From Chloroflexota bacterium (GTDB lineage Bacteria > Chloroflexota > Dehalococcoidia > Lucifugimonadales > UBA3495), in NCBI GenBank assembly GCA_009837355.1, contig VXTR01000052.1, positions 8,600-72,599 on the forward strand: a DNA stretch of 64,000 bases, given 5' to 3'. Position numbers and translations under genes: made by a program. Within the stretch, counting starts at the first letter, position 1. Every line of letters starts with the position of its first letter. Positions 47,937 to 55,450 of the stretch are shown in pieces. A model generated the notes under the pieces. It saw only the letters and a list, made by a program, of their open reading frames with translations. It was not told the DNA's origin and searched no databases.

Positions 47937-49052
47937 CTAGTTGTGGCAGCCCCGCGCCTCGATATCCCACACCGCTTCGACCATGCCGTCGCGGATACCG
48001 ATGAAGCGGTCCCAGCGGCTGACCATAGCGTCTTGCTGGCCGGGGAGCAACAGAACCTGGTCGCCGACGGCCAGTTCAGCGCCTTCCGCCACCTGGAACA
48101 CAGTGCGGTCGGTGTCCATGGCAACGGCTTCAACGCCGGGGCGGCCTTCCACCCGGGGCAGGCCCTTGATGCCGCACACCGCGCGGGCGCCGGCGTCGCC
48201 GATGGCCGTTCCCGGCCGAGGCACGCTGACGATGGTGCTCAGCACCTTGCCGGCCAGGTGAAAGTCCTGGATGTAATCGTAGGAGGTTTCCATCACCAGG
48301 TAGGAGCCGCCCTGGATTTCGGTAACCTCAGGCATGTCGCCGGCGACGTCGTAGCTCCAGGTTTCGCCCGTGGATACGATTTCCACCGGAAGGCCGTCGG
48401 CAAGCATGGCTTCCCGCAGGTCCAGAACAGGCTGGACAAGGCGGCGAAGTTCGGAGACCCGGTCTTCCAGGTCGCCGGAGACTTCGGCCATCATCTGATG
48501 GCTCATCACGCCTTTCAGGGAAAGACCCGGCAGCGAATCAATCAGCCGGGCCAGGGCCACGCCGGATCCCACTCCATCCTCTCCTTCCTGCACGCCGCAG
48601 CGGAGCAGTCCGGTTTCCTGCTCGATGACCACGCCCAGGTTCACGCCTTGGTCAGCGGCGGCCTGAGAGAGGTCGCGGGCGTTGGTTTCGTTTTCGCAGG
48701 CCACCAGAATCTCGGCCTGGTCGGCCAAAGCGCAAAGCCGGGCAATCTTGGGCTGGGCGACCACCTCGCTGGTTACGAATACGCTGGCCACGCCGCCCTG
48801 CACCATCACCTCAGCTTCGGCGACCTTGGCGGCGCACACTCCGCCGATGGTGCCGCCCCGTTGAATCTGCCGGAGGGCCAAAGCCGGGCTCTTGTGATTC
48901 TTGCTATGGCCGCGCAGCTTGCTGTGGCGTCCTTCGTAGTAGTCGGCGATCACATCCATGTTGTGGTCCAGCGCGTCCATATCCAGGATGAGGCATGGAG
49001 TATCCAGCTCCGCCATGGGAGTGCCGGGTTGGGGTTCATACGCTTGCGGCAT
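47937..49052 (-). CDS. DSD1/D-threonine aldolase-type PLP enzyme (alanine racemase N-terminal fold), canonical Lys present
   Basis: ATG 49052 with GGAGG RBS. 'LRGHSKNHKSPALA' matches the RPHxKTHK PLP-Lys motif. 371 aa. Confidence 0.78.
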   Translation of the reverse strand: MPQAYEPQPGTPMAELDTPCLILDMDALDHNMDVIADYYEGRHSKLRGHSKNHKSPALALRQIQRGGTIGGVCAAKVAEAEVMVQGGVASVFVTSEVVAQPKIARLCALADQAEILVACENETNARDLSQAAADQGVNLGVVIEQETGLLRCGVQEGEDGVGSGVALARLIDSLPGLSLKGVMSHQMMAEVSGDLEDRVSELRRLVQPVLDLREAMLADGLPVEIVSTGETWSYDVAGDMPEVTEIQGGSYLVMETSYDYIQDFHLAGKVLSTIVSVPRPGTAIGDAGARAVCGIKGLPRVEGRPGVEAVAMDTDRTVFQVAEGAELAVGDQVLLLPGQQDAMVSRWDRFIGIRDGMVEAVWDIEARGCHN

Positions 49053-49131
49053 GGAAGTACCTCCGAGGTTTCCTGGTATCTGGTTGAATCCGGCCGTGGA
49101 TACTTGGCCGGCGGATTGCAGCAATGCCGAA

Positions 49132-50250
49132 CTATCCCAGCTGTCCCCGGCCGGAGACGGGCCAGTACCCCACCAGCCGGCCGCCCTGAACGGCGCGGAT
49201 GTAGTCATACTGGTTCACGCACAGGGCCAGGTTGTACGGAACCAGGCGGACCTTGTCGTTGGGCATCAGCTGCTCGGTGGCCGGCCCGTCCAAGTCCAGG
49301 ATGCCGTGCTCGGCGCTGAACCTGGCGGCGACGGCGCCCGGGAATCCATGGAGAACCGGCACGCCGAAATCGGGGCCGGTGGTCTTGTGGCCGGCGTCCA
49401 CCACCGCCCGGCCGGCGACGGGATGGCTGATAACCGTCGCCAGCACTGTGGCCGCGGATTGCAGTTCGGGGCGAACCCGCAAGGTCTCCGCATCCATCAG
49501 AGGATACACTCCCGCCTGAACCTCGGTGATGCCCGACAGCTGCGAGACCACGTCGTAGTTGTAAGTGCTGCCGGCGCTCACCGTGGCAACCTCCAGGCCG
49601 GCCTGCTCTAGGTCGCTGCGAGTGTCCAGCACCGGCTGCAGACGGCGAAGGGTTTCGGCGTCCAGCTCGGCGTGGTCGGCGATGGGCAGCGGGCCCTCGT
49701 AGGTCATTATCCCCTGGAAGGACAAGCCGGCCGCGTCCGCAACCGCGCGGGCCAGGTCAACCGCATCCCTACCGGGTGCAACACCGCCAAACCCGTAGCC
49801 GGAGTCGATGTCCACCAGCACGCCCAGGGTAACACCGGCCGCCCGCGCAGCCTCGCTGAGGTCGGCGACGTTGCGGGCGTCGTCCACGGCCACGCTCAGC
49901 GTAATTCGTCCCGCCAGGGCGACCAACCGGCGAATCTTGGCGGCGGTTACCACCCGACCGGCGATGAGTATGTCGTCGATGCCAGCATCGTCGCCGGCAA
50001 ATGCCTCGGCTTCTGCCAGCGAACTCACGGCCACGCCGCCGGAGCTGCCGCCGGCGTCCAGCTGGTACCGGGCGATATCAGGGCAGCCATGGCAGGAGAC
50101 GTGGGGGCGCACCAGGACCTGGCCGTCGCCGCCAATAGCGCCGTGCAGTCGCGCGATGTTCTGCTCCATTATCCCCAGGTCAACCACCAGGGCCGGCGTG
50201 TCCAGTTTCTCGACGGGGGCGCCAAATGGCTGAAATATGGGCCGCTCCAT
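49132..50250 (-). CDS. DSD1/D-threonine aldolase-like paralog lacking the PLP lysine
   Basis: 372 aa with the same overall layout ('LDTPALVVDL...'). The motif reads 'VRPHVSCHGCP' (nt about 50082-50114), so Ser and Gly occupy the positions of both Lys residues. Confidence 0.7.
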   Translation of the reverse strand: MERPIFQPFGAPVEKLDTPALVVDLGIMEQNIARLHGAIGGDGQVLVRPHVSCHGCPDIARYQLDAGGSSGGVAVSSLAEAEAFAGDDAGIDDILIAGRVVTAAKIRRLVALAGRITLSVAVDDARNVADLSEAARAAGVTLGVLVDIDSGYGFGGVAPGRDAVDLARAVADAAGLSFQGIMTYEGPLPIADHAELDAETLRRLQPVLDTRSDLEQAGLEVATVSAGSTYNYDVVSQLSGITEVQAGVYPLMDAETLRVRPELQSAATVLATVISHPVAGRAVVDAGHKTTGPDFGVPVLHGFPGAVAARFSAEHGILDLDGPATEQLMPNDKVRLVPYNLALCVNQYDYIRAVQGGRLVGYWPVSGRGQLG

Positions 50251-50298
50251 TGCTCAGGTCCCTCTCAATTGCGATGCTGGCCGGCAGGATAGCACAAA

Positions 50299-50601
50299 TC
50301 AGGCCGGTTCCAGCCAGTGCTGGTACACGTCCACCAGCAGCGTATCGTCTGGATTGCCGGCGTAGTCTGGCCACAGGTCGGTCTGGCGCAGCCGGACGCG
50401 GTACAGCGGCTGCCGCGGCAACCCGTCGCCCCCATGCGCCAGCGATTCAGGATTGGGATACGTGCCGCACAGCGCGTCCACCACGCCGGTGTGCCCCTGG
50501 ATGTAGGCCGGCGTGCGGAAGTGATGGGCCGGCGCTCCAACGCGCACGCGCACAGCAGCGCCGTCAGGGTAGCGGACGGTTTCGGAAGAAATGGTAGTCA
50601 T
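50299..50601 (-). CDS. Nitrile hydratase beta-subunit C-terminal half (stand-alone, SH3-like)
   Basis: 100 aa. 'HHFRTPAYIQGHTGVVDAL...PLYRVRLRQTDLWPDY...TLLVDVYQHWLEPA' follows the GHxRxPxYxRGKxG...LYxVxF...LWG...VxVDxWExYLE pattern of NHase beta C-termini. Confidence 0.8.
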   Translation of the reverse strand: MTTISSETVRYPDGAAVRVRVGAPAHHFRTPAYIQGHTGVVDALCGTYPNPESLAHGGDGLPRQPLYRVRLRQTDLWPDYAGNPDDTLLVDVYQHWLEPA

Positions 50602-50625
50602 GGCATCCGCACTCAGGCTTGAGCA

Positions 50626-51048
50626 TCAGGGTTGGCGTTGCAGTATAACGCGCAATGAGGCGGGCGTGATAATCGGGATTACGGACTCTTCGGTAAGAGC
50701 CAATAGGTCGGGATCCTTTGTTACCAGATAATCTGCTGCGGCTTGGTAGGCGAGTACGAGGAACATCTGGTCTTTGGGATCGCGGCAGGTTGGCGTTTCC
50801 GGGGGCGAGTCAGGTATGGCAACCCTTTCGCAGTGATCAAAGTAGGCAGCAGCAGTGTCGGTGATCTGCTCCTCGGAGATTCCGAGTCTGGGGTTGCGCA
50901 GTGTTCGGATTAACTCTGCCTTAGTGTCGCTACTGATAAGCGGCACGATATGCTGTTGTTCCGACGCCTCACGAAGCCATATGTCACTGCTGGTTGTCCT
51001 GGCGATTGGCATCAGCACAGCATTGGTGTCCAAAACCACCCTTATCAT
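50626..51048 (-). CDS. PIN-domain toxin (PIN_3/TIGR00305-like)
   Basis: 140 aa. 'IRVVLDTNAVL' N-terminal acidic motif and 'YLVTKDPDLL' C-terminal Asp. ATGA overlap with the upstream gene. Confidence 0.78.
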   Translation of the reverse strand: MIRVVLDTNAVLMPIARTTSSDIWLREASEQQHIVPLISSDTKAELIRTLRNPRLGISEEQITDTAAAYFDHCERVAIPDSPPETPTCRDPKDQMFLVLAYQAAADYLVTKDPDLLALTEESVIPIITPASLRVILQRQP

Positions 51049-52151
51049 TGGCCGCTTCTTTCGGCGCGGGTCTCTGCTATCGCAGCGAGAATATCGTCCT
51101 CGGTGAGTTCCAGGGCTTGTATGCGTCTCAAAGCCGCTTTGACTCGTTCTGGATTACTCCGATGCGTCCGGTTAGAGTTTTTGAAGGCTATGATGTCGCC
51201 CAAGTCTTTGATGTTGTGGCTCCGCATAGGTTTGCCGAAGCCGTTCCGTAGGACCTCCCACGTTTCAACCAGCGGGTAAATTTCTTGATGCAGTACCAAA
51301 ACGGCATCAAACGCGCTGATGTCCGGCATGGTAGCTGCATCCCAATCGGACGCGTACAGAAACTGCTGATTGTGTAGGATGAGGCAGTATTTAGCCCCGT
51401 TCAGAGCTGTCAGTTTGCTTGGCTTGCGGCCGTGCTTTATGGCGTCATTGAGGGCCGTTTGGAGAGTGTCGGGGCCGTCGGGCATCTGCGGCAATGGCAT
51501 TGCCAGCAAATCGAGTTGCTCCGCGATGCCTCGCTTATCGTTCGGATGCCCAACCTTGCGGTGGTAGTTTTCTTTAGGATCAAGGCGCAGTTCGGTGAGT
51601 TCGAAGGCCCATGTGACGCCATCAATAGTTGCCCGATAGTCAATGGGATCGTTCGGATTTTCCCGATCCCAAGCGACGTTGACAGTTAGGCCCTGTTGGG
51701 TAAGGAAAATGGCCGCTTTCCGCATCAGGTCGTACTCTCGGAGTTCCTTATCGGACATAGCATCGAACTTGTTCGCCATCCTGGTTCGCTCTTCCACTAT
51801 CACGCTGATGTCGGCCGCGGCCTCGCGGAGGGTTTCGGCCACGGCCATGGGATTAGTTGCGCAGCTCCATAGGGTGATTGGGCTAAATGAATCGGCATAC
51901 TCGGGATAGCGGTCTGTGATGTATTGCCGCAAGTCCGGCAGCAAATGCGGCAACCCGTAGGTTCGGATTTTATTCTGCGCCTGGGTTTCGGCAGCCATGA
52001 ACTCGTCCCGCGCCTGTAGGAGCGCGCTGTAGGCGCCGCATTCCTGTAATGCGGTTGGAGCAGCGCCGGCAACTATCTCCGCCGCCCGGTTGATTACGGT
52101 TGCGGCGAAGTCTGCGTTGACAGTTGGAGTGTCGCTTTTTGAGGTAGCCAT
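51045..52151 (-). CDS. 368-aa hypothetical protein, upstream partner of the PIN toxin
   Basis: Clean ATG. Helical N-terminal third, a central region of unknown fold, and a C-terminal helical tail (RVKAALRRIQALELTEDDILAAIAETRAERSGQ) ending in the ATGA overlap with the PIN gene. Confidence 0.6.
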   Translation of the reverse strand: MATSKSDTPTVNADFAATVINRAAEIVAGAAPTALQECGAYSALLQARDEFMAAETQAQNKIRTYGLPHLLPDLRQYITDRYPEYADSFSPITLWSCATNPMAVAETLREAAADISVIVEERTRMANKFDAMSDKELREYDLMRKAAIFLTQQGLTVNVAWDRENPNDPIDYRATIDGVTWAFELTELRLDPKENYHRKVGHPNDKRGIAEQLDLLAMPLPQMPDGPDTLQTALNDAIKHGRKPSKLTALNGAKYCLILHNQQFLYASDWDAATMPDISAFDAVLVLHQEIYPLVETWEVLRNGFGKPMRSHNIKDLGDIIAFKNSNRTHRSNPERVKAALRRIQALELTEDDILAAIAETRAERSGQ

Positions 52152-52200
52152 GATTACTGTACGAGGTCACGCGATCACGAATTTGGATGCTTGTACCTCG

Positions 52201-52230
52201 ATTATCGTTGGATAAAATGCACGCTGTCAA
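52201..52230 (-). promoter_or_regulatory. Near-consensus promoter (TTGACA, 18-nt spacer, GATAAT) for the 368-aa/PIN pair
   Basis: TTGACA is the reverse complement of 52225-52230 and GATAAT the reverse complement of 52201-52206. About 50 nt upstream of ATG 52151. Confidence 0.55.
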
Positions 52231-52243
52231 CACGGAAACGTGA

Positions 52244-52420
52244 TTAGAAGTGATCACCCACCGCGTCGGCGTAGCAGTATCCAAATCGGCTGAGACGTAT
52301 TAATCGGTGGAGTAATTCATTATCGTCGTCAGTATATCCTTCCGATTCTAGTAAATCTCGATAATCCGGGAACCGATCCAGCCAGCGGACCAGCTTGGCA
52401 TCTGCCTCCGCGATCTTGTT
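52244..52420 (-). other. 58 sense codons continuing in frame after the TGA stop of the 286-aa gene (readthrough, pseudogene or recoding candidate)
   Basis: The frame continues as NKIAEADAKLVRWLDRFPDYRDLLESEGYTDDDNELLHRLIRLSRFGYCYADAVGDHF then TAA (52244-52246). No ATG, GTG or TTG is present until 5 codons before its end. Confidence 0.4.
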
Positions 52421-53281
52421 TCAATTGTAGCCTGGCTCGTAAGCCATTCGAATTCTGTTCGACTCTTCTCTCAGATTATCGGGGATTCGGCGCATTACCC
52501 CGTCTTCGTCTGACACCAATAACGGAGCTTGCTGTTCTAGATCTCGTCGCGTCCATGGTCCTGACTCAATACCCGGTCTGGCTGCAGCCATCATTAGCTC
52601 AGTCTCGGACGTCCAGAATGCGTATGGACGCACATGTAGGGTTTTCATTATTCGAACTGCTTCTTTAATGATGTCGTCAGCAGCAGTAGCTACGGAACTA
52701 TCGATCTGCGGCCTGCATTCCGAAACTGGCAGGTCCCAAAGCTCGTAATATGGTCGTCCGATGACGGCCTCAATATCGGCTGTACCTATCCGGTCATTCC
52801 CAAGCGTCCAGGATGCCAGAGCGATCTGTCCCTCCATCTTCTCTCGTGGGTCGGATGAGTGATATTTGCGGCGGATCTCATGCTTGTTGCGCAAATCAAC
52901 GGATTCGATTGGTCGTGTCCGTGAAGTTTCAAATACGATGATCATGTGATCCCGCATTCCAAAAAACCGTGCGCACTGGTACCACAGTGACTTTTGATCT
53001 GAGTACCGTGTTAAGATGCGCGCCCGTTCGTCACGGTCTGCAAAGGTTTCCACATGGAACCGCTGATCAAGTTCCGTGACAAATCGGTCACGATACTCAC
53101 CTGCCTGGCGGTCCAAGTAGCCCGTACGCCAGTAGATAGCGTCCCAATATAGGTAATCTTGGAACTTCAATTGATGGAAGAAAGTTGAAATCCCGTTCGG
53201 ATTCCAAGATTGACCGTTTACGCGGGTCTCACGCGGTAGTCCTAATGCATCCCACATACCAGTCTCCGTAACAGTCATCAC
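52421..53281 (-). CDS. 286-aa hypothetical protein (island gene), start overlapping the NHase beta-N stop
   Basis: GTG 53281 or ATG 53278 overlaps the TGA of the upstream gene (CTGTGATGACT). AT-richer codon usage than the flanks. No family recognised. Confidence 0.6.
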   Translation of the reverse strand: MMTVTETGMWDALGLPRETRVNGQSWNPNGISTFFHQLKFQDYLYWDAIYWRTGYLDRQAGEYRDRFVTELDQRFHVETFADRDERARILTRYSDQKSLWYQCARFFGMRDHMIIVFETSRTRPIESVDLRNKHEIRRKYHSSDPREKMEGQIALASWTLGNDRIGTADIEAVIGRPYYELWDLPVSECRPQIDSSVATAADDIIKEAVRIMKTLHVRPYAFWTSETELMMAAARPGIESGPWTRRDLEQQAPLLVSDEDGVMRRIPDNLREESNRIRMAYEPGYN

Positions 53282-53580
53282 AGCCCCCGCTGCCGCAGCT
53301 CGGCGGCCTTGGCGTCGATCTCCGCCGCCGTCAGGATGCCCTTTTCAATCAGCAGGATTTCCAAGGCCGCCGTCCATTTTTCGTAGTAGGACAGCGATTC
53401 GTACTGCTCCGGTGGCAGGCTCTCGATGGCCCGCCGCATCTCGTCGGTGGTGCGGATGCCCTGCGCGGCCAGCACCTGGTGCACGGCGTCAACCCGACGC
53501 TCCCAGTCGCTGTATTCGTGCTCGGTGCGGTCGATGGGCGTGTCGTCGGGCCAGCCGCCCCGGTCGTGTGCTGCGGGCAT
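53278..53580 (-). CDS. Nitrile hydratase beta-subunit N-terminal half (stand-alone)
   Basis: ATG 53580 with AAGGAG RBS, 4 nt after the deacetylase stop. 'HDRGGW...IDRTEHEYSDWERRVDAV...DEMRRAIESLPPEQYESLSYYEKWTAALEILLIEKGILTAAEI' follows the NHase beta N-terminal pattern. Confidence 0.8.
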   Translation of the reverse strand: MPAAHDRGGWPDDTPIDRTEHEYSDWERRVDAVHQVLAAQGIRTTDEMRRAIESLPPEQYESLSYYEKWTAALEILLIEKGILTAAEIDAKAAELRQRGL

Positions 53581-53584
53581 ACTG

Positions 53585-54403
53585 TTACGCTCCTTTCTCC
53601 CACATCTCGGCGAGGGCGTCGGCGCGCATGAACCGGACGCCGGGGAAGGTCTTGATGTACTCAATCAGCCGTTCCAGCATCAGCAGCCGCCCCGGCCGCC
53701 CGATGTACTGCGGGTGCATGGTCAGATTGTAGCAGCGTCCGTAGCGGTAGATGCCGCGGAACTCCTCCGCCCAGCTCACGAACACCTCGTCGGGGTTGCG
53801 CATGGGCCCCAGGCGGTTGGCCGACGGCGCGTAGGCGAAGTGGGGCGCGTCGTCCAGCAGCCAATGGATGGGCAGCTCCACCATCTGCCGGGGCGGGTCG
53901 CCGCCGGACACGAAATACGGCGCGTCGTCGCCCATCAGGCTGCTGTCGTAGCAGAAGCCGTGCTTGGCCAGCAGGTCCAGCGACACCGCGCTCAACTCCC
54001 AGCTGGGCGAGCGGTAGCCCACCGGCGCGGTGTCGGTCAGCTCGCCCAGGATGCCGATGCCCTTGACCAGCACTTCCTCCTCCTCGGCCGGCGTCATGGT
54101 GGCCGGCGGCTCGTGGAGGTAGCCGTGGTGGGCGACTTCATGGCCACGTCCGGCGATCTCCCGCACCAGGTCGGTATGGGTCTCGGCCACCTGGCCGGGG
54201 ACGTAGAAGCTGGCCGGAATGCCCTGGGCGTCCAGCAGATCCAGGATGCGCGGCGTGGCGACGCTGGGGCCGTACTCGGCCATGGACAGCAGGCTGGGGT
54301 AGTTGGCGAAGTCGGCGTTGCGCCGCAGCCAGGAAGAAACGCCGTCCACGTCAAAAGTAATCAGCGCCACGCACTGTATGTCATCGGGCCAAATGCCGGA
54401 CAT
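53585..54403 (-). CDS. Polysaccharide deacetylase (NodB-homology/PuuE-like) family hydrolase
   Basis: 272 aa. 'VALITFDVDGVS', 'GHEVAHHGYLHE' and 'RSPSWELS' match the NodB metal and catalytic motifs. Confidence 0.8.
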   Translation of the reverse strand: MSGIWPDDIQCVALITFDVDGVSSWLRRNADFANYPSLLSMAEYGPSVATPRILDLLDAQGIPASFYVPGQVAETHTDLVREIAGRGHEVAHHGYLHEPPATMTPAEEEEVLVKGIGILGELTDTAPVGYRSPSWELSAVSLDLLAKHGFCYDSSLMGDDAPYFVSGGDPPRQMVELPIHWLLDDAPHFAYAPSANRLGPMRNPDEVFVSWAEEFRGIYRYGRCYNLTMHPQYIGRPGRLLMLERLIEYIKTFPGVRFMRADALAEMWEKGA

Positions 54404-54494
54404 ATCGATTCTCTCCGTTGTGCCAATCTTGAGAAGTGCTCAGATGTGTTTAACGATTGCGGCCGCGGACCATGTTGCGGAATTCAGCTACGGT

Positions 54495-54686
54495 TCAGCC
54501 GGCTTGAGCGATAATGCCGCCCATAGTGTTGGGGGGAATGTCTTTACCATGATGACGTGGGATGGGCACCATCCTGCCGTCCTTTATTGCCTTCGTATGC
54601 TTGCGGCCCTGATTGATTGTCCACCCGTCGTTGCGAAAGGCCCGCAGAACGTCGGAGATGGTAAAACCGGGAACCCGAGGCGGCAT
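54495..54686 (-). CDS. hicA: HicA-family mRNA interferase toxin
   Basis: 63 aa from ATG 54686. 'VLRAFRNDGWTINQGRKHTKAIKDGRMVPIPRHHGKDIPPNTMGGIIAQAG' fits the HicA dsRBD-like pattern. ATGA overlap with the upstream gene. Confidence 0.8.
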   Translation of the reverse strand: MPPRVPGFTISDVLRAFRNDGWTINQGRKHTKAIKDGRMVPIPRHHGKDIPPNTMGGIIAQAG

Positions 54687-55330
54687 CAGACGCGCTCGCG
54701 CTGCTCCCACAGGGCAACGTAGGCCACTTCGATACTGGCAAGGGCGATGCCATAGTACGGGTCGCGCCGGAGCGCAGCGTCATAATCGGCGATAGCCAAG
54801 TCATACTGCCCGCTGTTGAAGTGCGCGTCGCCTCGCCGGCAATAAGCCTCGGCGTTGTCGGGGGCAAGGGATATGGCGGTGGAGCAATCGTCAATGACTT
54901 GGCCATACTCTCCCTTGTTGAGATAAGCGCCGGCCCGTTCTATGTAGGCTTTGACATCATTGGGATTGCGTTCAATGGCGGCGGTGCAGTTGGATACTAT
55001 TTCATCCCAATCCGCCGGAAGGACAGTGGTTATTTCGATGCCGTAACCCTCGGTCCGGTATTCAGCGACGGTAGCCGCCATGGCGTTAGGGGTAAAGAGC
55101 GGTTCCACGCCGTCTTCGGCGTAGCTGTCCAGCAAAATCGAGATTGCGTCGGCAATCATCTCCAGCGCTTCCTCGCGAGTGTCGCCCTGGCTGGCGCAAC
55201 CTAGCGAGGGGCATAGCACGGCATAGCCCTCGTCTTCTGGATGTGTAACCAGCAATACTTCGTACTCCTGACCTTTGCCGGCCCGGGTTACGTGGTCGGC
55301 ATCGGCCAAATTGGAGGCATTGGACGTCAT
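54686..55330 (-). CDS. HicB-like antitoxin domain fused to TPR repeats
   Basis: 214 aa. N-terminal 'YEVLLVTHPEDEGYAVLCPSLGCASQGDTREEALEMIADAISILL' is HicB-like. The C-terminal half holds about 3 TPR units (AIERNPNDVKAYIERAGAYLNKGEYGQVIDDCSTAISLAPDNAEAYCRRGDAHFNSGQYDLAIADYDAALRRDP). No RHH or HTH domain seen. Confidence 0.7.
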   Translation of the reverse strand: MTSNASNLADADHVTRAGKGQEYEVLLVTHPEDEGYAVLCPSLGCASQGDTREEALEMIADAISILLDSYAEDGVEPLFTPNAMAATVAEYRTEGYGIEITTVLPADWDEIVSNCTAAIERNPNDVKAYIERAGAYLNKGEYGQVIDDCSTAISLAPDNAEAYCRRGDAHFNSGQYDLAIADYDAALRRDPYYGIALASIEVAYVALWEQRERV

Positions 55331-55450
55331 TATGCTTCCCCTCCGCTCAGCAGGATGGTATCACATAGGAGGTATTAGGGCGATGCAGCGGATGTCGTCA
55401 GGCCAGATGTCGGACATTGCAAACCTCTTTGTTGGTCGGCGCCTCTACGC

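Larger units (their letters stand above)
50620..53281. other. Visibly lower-GC insertion (three genes) between the NHase beta-C and beta-N genes
   Basis: By eye the sequence shifts from GC-rich flanks to clearly AT-richer composition. Genes inside have no recognisable link to nitrile metabolism. No integrase or flanking repeats were seen. Confidence 0.55.

Noticed and set aside
47628-49319. 563-aa plus-strand ORF
   Set aside because: It runs antisense to the NHase alpha and DSD1-like genes, which have clear family motifs. It is a shadow ORF.
52421-52423. TGA of the 286-aa gene considered as a second selenocysteine codon
   Set aside because: No Cys or redox motif context (…EPGYN-TGA-NKIAE…) and no convincing SECIS-like hairpin. 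Nonsense mutation or readthrough is more plausible.
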